Made by a program: the position numbers and the translations under genes. 64,000 nucleotides of DNA from Klebsormidium nitens (taxonomy: Eukaryota; Plantae; Klebsormidiophyceae), in contig DF236983.1 of assembly GCA_000708835.1 (NCBI GenBank), positions 1-64,000 of the forward strand. Reading direction: 5' to 3'. The notes beneath the pieces were generated by a model that did no database searches, was not told where the DNA came from, and worked only from the letters and a program-made list of their open reading frames with translations. The first letter of the stretch is position 1. Every line of letters starts with the position of its first letter. Positions 1 to 12,000 of this stretch are shown in pieces.

Positions 1-3000
1 ATCGCTCTGAATTTCCTCGTACGTGTTCGCAAACTTCTCCTCCAATCGGTGCATTGCCTGCCGCAGGATGTTCGTCCCGGGCTCCTTCTCCGTCGAGAAG
101 CTCAGGTAAAAGCCATACTCATGGCAGCACGCCTCGAGCGCCGTGCGGGACTTCCCTGCTCCTGAAGGCCCGATGAGTGCAGTCGCGCGCGTCTGCACCT
201 GGTCCTGCCCATGCCCCGATGCGTGCAGCTGCTTGTTCTCCGCCAGCAAAGTCTGTGCATTCGTTAGACCGGGCTCGTTGCGTTCAGGGAGGTTCGTGAG
301 CAGCAGGCTTGGCGAGTTGCGGAAGTACACAGCGGACACATTTCTCCTCGCGAAGGGATGGCTGGGGGGTGGGGACCTCAGGTCAAGCTTCGGCTGCCCG
401 GTCTGCTCTGGGGAAGCAAATGCACCGTCCAGCACCTTGCGAATCTCTTCGTCGACTCTGTCATCCCAGAGGTCATCATCGCTCCGCCCTGCGTGGACAG
501 AAAGGTACAGGCCTGAGGACTCTGTTTGACAAGGAAGCAAGCAGACCTAAACTGCTAGGGACAAATGAACGAAAAGACCTACGATCTCAGCCACGCCTTG
601 ATATCCATAGTCAAACGAGAAGTGTCTCTAAACACAGTCAAAAGAAAACTTGTGAGACGTGTTTCACCAGCTGAACCGCAAAGGCAACAACAGCAACAGG
701 CAAGAGGCAATCGAAAAACACAGCCATGCTGCAACAGAGCCAGAGGACATGCTCAGCAGAACTCACGCCTGTGATCTCCCTGCAATACGTCCCGCATCAT
801 GACGTCCTCAGACGGGCCCCCATCTTCACCGGTCTGCCCCGTTCCAGCAGCTGCACGCGAAGAGGGAGCAGATCAGGCAGAGTTCCCAATCTCGCTCTCC
901 GTGCTGCTCTCGCCCAACATCTCTCTGCTTCGATATTGTGGAAGCCCCCTAGTGCGAAACAGCGAGGCGGTTATAAAAGCTCAAAAGTGGGTGTTCTGAA
1001 AGCCGGTCCAGAGTTGCGCCACAGGACCAAGGTCCCTGCTCTCACTGCAGACTGAGATGGATGTCTGCAACGCGCAACCCTATTATATATCGACTGATGC
1101 GTAAAGTTGCGACTGGCTCTTGAAAAGGCCCAAAATCCTGCAAAGGGTGCCTCAAGAACCATGGGCAGCACCAGGTCCCAAGAGCTCAGCTCCCCAAGGC
1201 TTATAAGAACGCTTTTAAAACAGCCCAACCAGAAGTAGGATCAGTATACAGTCCAATGATCCAGCTGATGTGGGGGAGGCAAGTCTGTCAGGTGCAAGTC
1301 TGCCAACCCATGAGGAAGCAGTTGGCGTCCTTGAAAGCAGGGGGGAAAGCGATCGGAGACGATTGCCAATCGATGAAAGAAAGGGCGACTTGATGCTTAG
1401 AAGGATACAACTCAGAACCAACACATCCAAGCAGCCGTTTCAGCAACCACACATACCAGCCCTGCATGTTCCAAGACCGACGCCCCAGGCAAGGCACTCA
1501 CATCTCCTGTAGTCAACATCCGGCATTGCCACGTCCCCGGAATGGCCTGCGCCCTCGGTCCCTCCCCCTCGCACAACAGCTGGGACATAGAGAGAGGGGG
1601 TCAGCATAAATATGTTTGGTATCCAAGTTCCCCCACCCCGCGCTATTTGGCAGGGTCTGCGGGCAAGCCAGACCATTGACGACGAGTGGGAGGCAGCCGT
1701 CCAAGCCCAAAAATTCAGAGCACATGAGCGGGGCCTTTCTTATATGCTCAAGAATCACAGACAAACGTCTCAGGCAACTCAGTTTCCTTGAACTGACAGT
1801 GTCGGCTTTGACAATTGACAGCGATAACATGCTCAAACATGCGCTAACTTTTTGGAGACGCAGCTACCACACTGAGAGACTCTTTCTGCCCACTTGTTGC
1901 AGTCATCGGCGTTGCAAGTTTCTACTGCATCATGGGCAAGTAAGCATTAAACTTGCAACTCCCAAAACCATGAAATGATACTGGCACAAAGCCTGCAAAA
2001 AGGTTCAACTGATGACGCTAAGCCTTTCGATCCACCCTGACAATACCTCCATTGTGCGCTCTGTTGCAGATCACTGGGACTGATTAGGAACATGTTGAGC
2101 AATGTCTTGTCCCGAGCAGAGGCTGTGATGAATGCTCCCTGCCAGGCAAACTTTCCAAACTCCCAACTCCCAGCTCCAGAATTATGTGATCTCATCCTGG
2201 CCTGACAATGAACAGATCCGGAAGCAGAGGGACATGCTCCAAACAGGCACCGACACACTGGAGGGTTGGTGTGGATCACTGCGTCTGCCATCAACCACAA
2301 AGCTCCAGCACTCTGCCCGACCACAGGCATGCACGAGAGCTACCGCACAGGTCTGAAATCTGTGAGAGTTTCACTGAATGCTGCTCCATTGCTTCACGCA
2401 ATCTTATGCTACCTTGGCTCCCAGGTACGCAAAGCAAGTGACAGGGACTACCTGTTGGATGAACCCGCTCCTCCCTGTCCCACAGTGGTCGAAACAACTT
2501 GTAATGGTTGAAAGAAAAGGTGGTCCAATACTTTTGGCCCGATTGTTGTGCTGAAGGACTTAAGGCTCAAGGAGGGCAGAGAAAGTTCCTCAGACAACTC
2601 GTGTCATGAGTCGCTAGCGGGGTCCTCCCTTAAGCCAATCTTCTGGAGACAGCGTGAGCATGCTCATGCAATGAAGATGCTCAGAAATCGTCCAGCCCGA
2701 AGGAGACTCCAGATGTGCCTCACCCCGTACTTCCCTGAAGGTGTAGCTGCCAGCGGGCACCTGGCGGCTTGTGTGTATGGAGACCTCGCGCTCCCCCCCT
2801 GTCTTCGTCAGCTTTCCTCTGCCCCAGCCTTCCGTGACGTCAAGGTAATCCAAGACATCCTTGCAGAGGTATGGAGGGTCTTCAAGTGTGCAGGTCTCCT
2901 CTGTGTCGCCTCTCCTGATTGTGATCAGGGAAACCTCGCTGACCTCCATGGTCTGTATGGCAGCGAATCTCACAAGCTGAGCGATGCGGCAAAGTTACAC

Positions 3001-3917
3001 TGTACTAGATGCTGCAGTTGCATGCTGCAAACGCCGAGTACCTTTGTGCTGCAACTCGGCAGCATCCAGCGCTCTCTTACAAAATCCTGGCTAAACGACC
3101 ACCTGCCGCGACATCAGGCGACAACCTCTTCAGGTGCCACGCCGGCACGATCAAGATGGTCGGCCAGTACCAAGGGGCGACCCTTCCACCGTCCCAATCA
3201 GACCACAGTTCTGTGACTTACCGAGGCGCCGGAACCTGCAGCGTCTGCTCCACCTGCCCCTCCAGCGAGGCCGAAGTTCACCACCACATCGAGCTCCTCC
3301 CCAGCGCACGCCTCCCCAAGCTGAGTGGCGCCGCGAAGCAGCTTCCCTCCTGCCACCAGCTTCTGCTCCAAGGTAGGGATTGCGGTGCGGGCAGAGATTG
3401 CCCCCTTCAAGGTCTTCACGTCGGCGCTGCGGGGCATCTGAAGCTGCAGCAAGCGGCCTTGGGGGATCTTCACAGAGCAGCGGACGGTCTGCTGATCTGC
3501 ACCGCCTGCGGCCTTCTTGGACACCCGGGGATTGCGCCTTGAGCAGGCAGGAAGCTTTGGAGTCTTGGGGGCCTCTGCCGGCTGCTTTAACCCCTCCAGG
3601 TGAGCGCGCTCAACTGCAGCGAGTACCCGGTTGTACCCATCCAGCAAGTTCCTATCCTGTTCGTTCACCAGCGACTGCAGGCCAGTCATTGCTGCCGCTA
3701 AGCTACCGTCCCATGCTGCTTGTGTCCAGCACAGGCCTGCGGAACCCAGTTGCTCGTTGACACTCCGGCACACGCTGCCTGCGTGCTTGCGGAAGGCTCG
3801 ATGACCCCTCTTCGAGAACCCCAGGGAGCCCTTCGCAGCAGCAGCCACCCCCAAGCGCATCCTGGAGAGGACTTGCTCTGCAAGAGCGGGCTCTGCTGCC
3901 TGACCATGGCTCGCCAT
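1..3917 (-). CDS. Crinkler/CR-effector-like protein: N-terminal ubiquitin-like domain, small second header module, low-complexity linker, P-loop NTPase; 3' end lies beyond the window start
   Basis: Exons with canonical splice sites and consistent phases: 3917-3222 (Ubl VRCSVKIPQGRLLQLQMP...EQKLVAGGKLL...VVNFGLAGG), 2952-2731, 1579-1502, 850-767, 512-1. The last reads ...NSPSLLLTNLP...TALIGPSGAGKSRTALEACCHEYGFYLSF... with Walker A at 171-148. Further small exons between 2731 and 850 are unresolved. The family call is from remembered similarity to the GxGKTR...LC.H(W/Y)GFY pattern of fungal CRN-like NTPases. Confidence 0.65.
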
Positions 3918-4185
3918 CCTGCTTGGGGGGGGCTCGAGGAGGATGCTCCAGGGCAGTCTGCGGCAAAATGGTGGAATCTTGTGATGGTGAAGATGTATAC
4001 AGATTTCGCTGGGACGGTGGGACCATCATTGGTGGGAGGGAACGGTTTGCAGGAATGCGGTAATGGTAAGTGCTAGACCCTCACAGCAGTCCGGGCGCTT
4101 ATGGCGGATAGCTTATGCGACATGGCGATGCCCGGGGCTGAGTTGGGGGGAAATGCAAGGTCGCGCCAACTGTGACTCAACATCC

Positions 4186-4252
4186 NNNNNNNNNNNNNNN
4201 NNNNNNNNNNNNNNNNNNNNNNNNNNNNNNNNNNNNNNNNNNNNNNNNNNNN
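4186..4252. other. Assembly gap (67 N)
   Basis: Run of N seen directly. Confidence 1.
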
Positions 4253-4300
4253 TGTGTGTACATCCGACCGCGCGGCGGCGCGGCCATCGGCCATTGGTAC

Positions 4301-4966
4301 CTGAACAAGTCTTGAACTTGAAGGAGAGAGAGCTCTCGAAAAAAGCAAGAGCGCAGGAAATGGCAAGACCTGGCAGATTGACGTCATCCTGAACGCCCAA
4401 GAAACTGGCGGGTCACCCTGCCTCCTCCCTGGGCACCATTGGGCCTTGAACCATTGAACGAGCTTGCTACAGGCTACAAGGCGGATTCAGAGAACAGTTG
4501 GCTCGTCATGAACCGTCTGCAGATGCAGGAATGGTTGCTGAATGAGTACCGGAAGGTTGTGGACGAGGAGCTACAGAAGCGCATTGCTTATCAGACTGCT
4601 ACTGATGTCCTTGAGGTTGAGGTGGCGCTTGCATTCAAGAGCAAGGAGACGAACAAGAAACATGATCGGCTAGAGGAACTGCGTAAAGCAGAACGACAAT
4701 TCAATGCCGTTAGGAAAGAGTGGAAAGAGATCTTTGATAGAAGCAGAACTTGCTGAGGAGATGCGAAGAGTTTGGCACTCCGTTCACCGAACAAACCGAT
4801 GCGCCAATTGCTGCGGCAGCAGACGCAATACATCTCAAGGCTCTTTGATGTTACTGGATCAAATGCTGCTGCCTTCGTTCCAGTGAGGCTGGTTCGAAGC
4901 AAAGGTGTCTACATATCTGTATATAATACAGCAATCATTGCTGATCCGCTAATGTCTCTGAACTAG
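4301..4966 (+). pseudogene. Decayed intronless coiled-coil-like ORF next to the gap (possible TE or viral relic)
   Basis: One frame reads protein-like (..RRKWQDLAD*RHPERPRNW..QEWLLNEYRKVVDEELQKRIAYQ..DRLEELRKAERQFNAVRKEWKEIF..) with in-frame TGA at 4313, 4319, 4379 and 4754, ending at TAG 4964-4966. No family recognised. Confidence 0.4.
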
Positions 4967-6094
4967 ACGTTGATCTCATTGGTAGCTTCTCAAACTGCAC
5001 GGAGAGTGGGCCCCAGCTAGCCTCCTCCGTTTGACCATACAATCTGCTCCTGCAAGAGTCTGATCGCTTGTAGGTGGCGTTGGGTGAGAGTACCCCAGCC
5101 AGCCGCTTTCAACGCCGGCGTTATCTACCTCGTCTGTATTACACACATGTATACATGTTCTATAGATGTCGGTACCTTTTCCTCGACTCAAATTGACAAA
5201 ATCCCCTATGCTTTGAAGTACGGGCCAAAAGTCTTATAAAGGCCGACATGATGCGTATCACATGTATACTTGAATCGCTCTGATGCAGTTGTCTTGGTTT
5301 TTATTCTTTTCCGATCTGAGGTCTGGATTCAACAAAGACGAGAACACGACGTCTCATTGAAGCTCTAATTGATTCATTTGCGAGGTTGGAGCCTCGGAGG
5401 CTCGAGGGTAGGAACGTTCCTAAATAACTTTTGGGGTTAGTGCTTGAATTGCTCGTTATAATGCGTCAGCCTCAGCTGCCCGTTTGAAGGACTGACATGG
5501 TCGAGAGTTTAGGGTCGACATCACACCGCGTACGCACAATTGATTATGTAAGCCAGGAGAAGCATATGGCTCAGGTCACTGGCTCAGGCGTTCATTCTAA
5601 AAGAAGGTCATCTTCCTCGTGGCATGACCCCTTGCTTACGCACTGCATATGCATCATGCCGTTTCGATTCGTGCATCTAGAGCTAGCAACAGGCGGCAGC
5701 GCTGCATGTTGCATGTCATCGCGAGTTTACAGATTTCCGCCATTGCATTTGAGAGGCGCTTTACATTGTCCCCAATAGAGCGCGCGCATGCATGCACAGT
5801 GTTGGTGCATGCATACCTGGTCTCTGCAGCTACCCGTGAACCTCGGACATGCTGAATGACTGCACATATTGGTGTTGTTACGGGCAACAGCAACGAGCTG
5901 CATTTCTCCTTGAATTTGAAACCATAGAGGCATACAACATCACGTAAAACTCTTCAACAAGGATTCTCTCATGATGATCGAACCATATTGACACAATCAT
6001 GCAATCGTGGAGACTGGCTTTTTCTCCAAAACAACTTGCACAAGGTATTAAGATGGTTGTTTTATCCAACGAGCCAGCCTCAGTCAAGAGCAAT

Positions 6095-9000
6095 CTACAG
6101 AGCAGACAGTCTCGCTGAACGTCCCTTTACCGAGTTGTACAGCGGCCGTGCCCGCTTGAACGCCGCAATATCTTCGATTCTCACCATCTCTCCGCTTCCC
6201 CCACTCCCAGTATCCACTTCCTTCGCCGGCCCACCATTTGCAACTCCGTTCACAATATCCTTCGACACAGATGTCTCCGAAGGCGAGCCGTTAGGCACGC
6301 ACCCCTCTTCTCCAGATATCTCCGCACCACTTTCTTGTGACTCCAATGACAAGCCGCCCAGTCCATTCTCGAGCGCGGAGCCGTTTGGGGGCGCGCTGAG
6401 TTTTTCCAGCGCCGCAATGTGCGGCCCGCCGAAGATTTGTACGCTCAACTTCCGCCGAGAGGGAGCGCCCGCCCGGATGAACGTTTCGTAAAAGTCCAAC
6501 AGCTCTTGCCGCCGGAGACTAATGAGCGCGGCGACCTGGGGAAGACGAGTGCACCAGTTTGAGTTGCCTGTTCCTGCTGACGTCACGGCTGACGTCAGTT
6601 GTGACGGCAATCCAAAGAGATGAAGCGTGGAGACATTGCCTTTTAAGCGGTTCGCGGCATTCTTCGCCAGTGGTCCTCTGGTCGTAAGGAAACAAAATGG
6701 AGCTAACGACGTGCCCAAACAGCATCGCATACCACACCGAAAGTCCCGTTCTCACGCCTCCAACAACCGTCCCGCTACCCGTCTGAATATGCCGCTCATT
6801 GTTGACTCAAGCTTCGAACGATCGCTGGACTGTGTTCCAGGCGTCCTTGCTGACATCGAACCCTTGTCAGAACAAGCGACCGCTGTCTTGTGCCCCCCAC
6901 CACCAGCGAAGGAGTCACTCGTCCAGGAGAGCGGCAAATGGCAAAATACTGAAACCCAGAACGGCGGAACCTTGCGGGAAGGCGTGAGGTAAGGCTAACC
7001 TCCGTCTTGACTCGGTCAAAGGCGAGCGACCCCTCGTCGATTTCGCGCCAGAAGAAGCTGAACTCCTCGCCCAGGTTCTTGTGCTTCTCCAGCTTCGTGG
7101 CCGCCAGTGTCTCCACGTGGACCTGCAGGCAGAAGACGTCAGTACACATTTGAATGACGTCAGTGGTCATGAAGTGGCGCACTGGGGCAACGATCCAATC
7201 TGAATGCCCTGAAAAGTGCGTATGTGAAACCACTTGCGTATACAGTTTTCTTGAGAAAGTTTTTCTCTATCTTGTAATTTCGGGAACTTACTGGCTCAGT
7301 TTGCACTGGGTTCAGTCCGCTTCATTGGAACAGTAGAACGAGACAACCCAAGTAAACCAGAACAATCAAAATCCAAACCCCGAATCCGGACTCAAATATC
7401 GTCCAACAGTTTAGGTTTTACGTTGCAGCAGGATGGAACCCCAACTTGAGAACAGCCATCATGGGGACGGGTGACGGAAGTGCAGTCCTTAGCAGTTTAG
7501 CGGATGCGGCGCACCTTGAAATCCTCTTCCGTGAGCTCCCCCAGAGTCTTGGAGAAGAGGTTCAAGAAGTTCTCGACGCGCTCGTCCAACTCGGTCGGGT
7601 TCTGCACGACACAGCGCAGAATCTTGGCAACAGCCCGAGAGAACGGACAACAGACATCAACCCAGAGACCTCACAAAACGATTTTGCCAGCTTTGGTCAC
7701 GTGAATCGTACTCTCAGCTCGAAGAGAGGACATCAAGATGCACGCGTGACATAGATGGAACCGACTGCATCAGCTTGTGAATTTCGAGCAAAAATCAACT
7801 TCTTGCTCAACGTTTGCGAAGGCTTGACCAACGCATTGGAAAGAAACCGCAAGAGCAAACAAGATCTTGTTGAATGAAAGGTGCTCGTTTTAGACCTCGA
7901 CGTATTGGAATCAGAGCAGACACTTAAGAGCTCGCTTCGCTTCGTCTTCAGATTCTTCTCACCTTTACGTTCGACTGGATGATGAATTGCGCCCCTCGTA
8001 CAGTGAAGTCGTTCCTGCATGTAAACGAGGAGTCGCATTTGACAAACCCGAATTTTCAACGACTGGATACAACCATCCAGAAACGACCAGCTGACTACGC
8101 TTACCACAGAAGACATGCTAGATCTGAATAATTTCAATTTACCGAAGCGGCACATAAGGCACACGTTCTATATGCAAAGTGAAGTCCGTTGCCCAAGTTG
8201 GAAGACCAAAAAAGGAACGCAGTCAAAGTCAAAAAGGCAATCAGCATCCTTAGCACTAGTAAAGCGCCTGCTTGTTGTAGAAAGCAATAAACGCATCACG
8301 TGTGTATTCCGCTGACTGAGTGAGCTGGTCGGATATCTGGTGCGTTCAGAAAAGGCGGCCAAAGTCGCAATTTTTACAGCCGCCCTGCGCTTCACGTGTC
8401 GCCCCCAGTTTTCTGCGCAGCACTTGCCTTCCCATCAGGAAGACGATGTAGCCCAGCTGTTCGACGGAGCGCAGCTGGTAGAAGACGTCGCGCTTGGCGG
8501 TCTGCAGGAACAGCTCCAGCAGCACGTTCGAGCGGGACTCGTCGGGGCCGACCTGCACGCCAACATCGACGCGGTTGTGAGAACTGGTATGCATCTTCGA
8601 AATAGCCCTCGAGTATTGCATCAAAATGGTGAACTCACCAACGCAAAAACTGGACGCTAGGGAACCTTCCTCGACTTCACAACAAATCGACGATGGCTGA
8701 TTCGGAAGAGAAAAAAACCAAGGGAAAGAAGAGAACGAGTTGAGACCACAGCAAAGACTCCACCAAAGGTGGAATCCCCACAATTCTCCTTGAAAGACTG
8801 TCATAGCAGGACGTGAGACATTGGCCAATAAGATTCGTTCAGTAGCTTGCGTGCAACTCAAGTGGCCGGGTCTACGAATTATAGCAGCGCTCCACTAATT
8901 CCATGCGCAGGGAACACATGCTGCCAGAACCGGAGAAACAACAGACTTCTGACCACGTGGAATGCTGTCAAAAGACCATTCTGACTCCACCAAGAAGTTC

Positions 9001-12000
9001 TGCATCACTTTACCCTCTGCATTCTGAAAGCCAAGACTGACGCACCTGGAAGTAGATATCCACCGCCGAGTTCTCGTCCTTCGGGTTGAGGATCGGCGAC
9101 GCGTGGTAGTGCGGCCTGCGCGCCTCTAGTTGCACCACTCGCCTCTCCACATGCTGCGCCGGGAAGAGCGGCCGCGACCCGACGCCCTGCTGCAGCGTCG
9201 CCTCCATGTGGGCAGTAAAGTCTTTGGCCTCCGTAGCCGTCCAATTACCTGCAAGCAACCCACAATATCAGAGATGGCACTGGACTGAGTTGGACGAGGA
9301 AATGAGCACTCTGGTTTGGTCCAGTGAATCGAATCTTCGTCCAACGCCTGGTTGCAGCGTCGCCTCGGAGACAAGCAGGAAAATTCTTGGCGTCGATTTC
9401 GGTCACCTGGAGGCGTCACACGGTGTGAAACATGGCAATGGAGAACCGATTGTCAGGAGCTGCACTGGTTCGGACGAGGGAGAAAGCAACAAGGAAGAAA
9501 GCAGATCCATTTTCCGTTTTCAATGCCTGGTTGCAGCGTCGTGAGCAGCGGGATCCGTCTGCTCCGCAACCGTCTCCCGTATGAGATACGAGTCAAGACT
9601 TTGGGAGAGCCCTTTAAGCAAAGGTGTAGTAGCTTCCAACATTCCTTTTCCAGATCTCCGATGCCCTGCTGGATCAATGCCGGTTTACCTGCAATGAACG
9701 CCTCCACAAACACGCGGGACAGCAGGCGCGGCACGAAGGCGGCCAAGTCGGCGGCGTGCAGGTGCGGAAGAACGGCCAGGTACTCGTCCATGTGCCATCG
9801 CTTATGCTCAAGTAGCAGCGACGCGTTGTACATCGCCTGCTGGTACGGCTGCTCGTACTTGAAGTTTTGGTAATCCTTCTTCACCTGGGCCTGCGGCGGA
9901 ATGAGGAAGTAATTGCAAGTCAGACGTTGTGCTCTACCAAAATGAAACCAAGTTATACTGCAAGGGTCTCTTAAGCAAAAGATATGTAGAAGTAGTGCAT
10001 CCTACTGGGCCTGGGTCGCAGTAAAATACAGCGATGGTATAAGCAGCAATTGGTGGGCGTTTGTAAGTGCGACTATGTGGGGAAGCGTTTGACTCGTCTT
10101 TGTAGGAGGAGTATTCAACCTTATTTTGGCAGTCCTTCTTCAAGTGGGCCGGAGTCGCGGCGGCAAAAATCCAGTACGACCAGGTACGGTTCGGATCTTC
10201 TGCTGTGTTTTCGGACTGAGATTAGAGTCTACGGCAAATGCGGAGACGATTCTGGGAGTTTCTTCTTTGAAGAACCTCAACATGGGCGCGAGTACTTTCC
10301 GGCATTCGTCGATGCTTCAAGGCCACCCCTAGTGCCTAGACAAGGTTTTAACAATGATTGTTCCTCTCCAAAAACTTGCACCCGATGCTCACCTTGATGA
10401 CTGTGAAGCGCTCCTCCTTGACTTGGAAGGTCACGATCTTGTCCAGGATCTTCTCCCCCAGCGTGGCCAGCTTGTGGTTGTACCCGGAGAGGAACACCTG
10501 GAAGCCGCTCGCCGTGTTGTGGATCGTGTAGTTCAACCCAGCAATCTCCGCGTAGTAAGCTGCAGCGAACAAAGGAACCTTTGGAGAAGCTGGCAGCAGT
10601 GATGGAAGAATGTAAAATTACGTCGACTAAAAAAATGAACTTCTCACGAAACCGGGATGTGGCGCAGAGAGACCGAAACTGGAATGGTCTGCGGAAAGTC
10701 GGCGCCGTCAAGGCAGTCACCCCTCCTCAAGACTCATAATTGCAGTAAAACAAGCTTGCAAAAAGAGGCTTACGAAAAGCGGCGGATGAGACTCAATAAG
10801 GCCGCTTGACACCCCGCTTCTCCAGGTATCATGTTTGCATCACGAAAACGGTTACCATATCTGGCAGACGTTGCTTGCACAAGGCACTTGAGAATCTTCC
10901 GCTCACCGTACTCGTTGAGATAGTCGACGAGCAGCTTGGCGAAGATCCGGGTGAGCACGGCCGTCTCGGGGCTGATGTAAGACTCGGGACAGATGAAGTC
11001 GAGCGCGATGAACGCCTTGGGGATTTGAAACTTGGTGTCCGGCTTGAACCACAGCCGTGACAGGGGCGTCTCGCTCACCAACGCCGGCTGCTCCGTCTGC
11101 GCGACGATGAAAGTTCGATCAGGTTAGGGTCTTGATATAATAATGTTAGAACCGAGGGTATCGAAACTTCAGGCATCTAGCTGTTGAGGTTCCAGGAGTG
11201 GTTTCTAGAATGGTATGGAGTTCACGACTTCCGCAGACAGAGTTCTAGGGCTCAAAGGGAACAAGATTTGAGCTGGAAACAACTGTGCTCTTCCTTTGCC
11301 TGGTGTGCATCGTCGTGTTACGCTTCCATGTGCTGAACGTGGAGCAGCAAGACGAGGGTTTCGGCAGAAAGGGCTGCCTCCAACAGAAAAGCATTGTGAG
11401 TTCAGAACGTCTCAATTGAGTGGGTCTACGCTATGCTCTTTCCCCTTCGCTTGAGCCGCAATGGTGACGATTTTCCCGCAGTTGGAAAGCCGACAGCCGT
11501 CAACCCATCGCGCCAGTTCAAACCTCCCATCCGAGGAAATTACTACCAAAGCATGCAGCGGCCCCGCACCTTTGTCACCGGTGCCTTGAGCGCAAAGTCC
11601 GTGGGGATGAACTCGTTCGGCGCCGGCAGGTGCAGCCGGACGTCCGGAGCGCCACGTGTCCAGGCGTCCGTCCGGTCCGGGCCCAGCTTCTCGACGCTGT
11701 ACTTGGTGCCGTACCAGGGCTCCTTCTCCGACAGCTGGTCCGTGAACTCTTTAGATGTCCAAAAGATCCTGAGGGGGGAGTTACATGGCGTGAGCGCGTG
11801 GGTAGGATCATTTACGTCAGGGCTTGTTGCAGAGTTCATGCTGCGATCGGCAGCCGGCTCCCGAAGTTGTCTGAAATTCGAAAGATGTTGAGGGAGGAGC
11901 AGCATGGCGCGCAGTCAAAGTCGTAAGCGCTCTTCAAAGCCTGCATTGAATGCATCGGCTGGGCCGACACACCTTCTGAACGGCCCAAAGAGTCTAGAGG

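Noticed and set aside
5145-5410. Short palindromes (acatgtatacatgt at 5145-5158, gagcctc-g-gaggctc near 5390, ggaacgttcc)
   Set aside because: Short enough to arise by chance; no partner structure, TSD or Helitron-type CTRR end identified.
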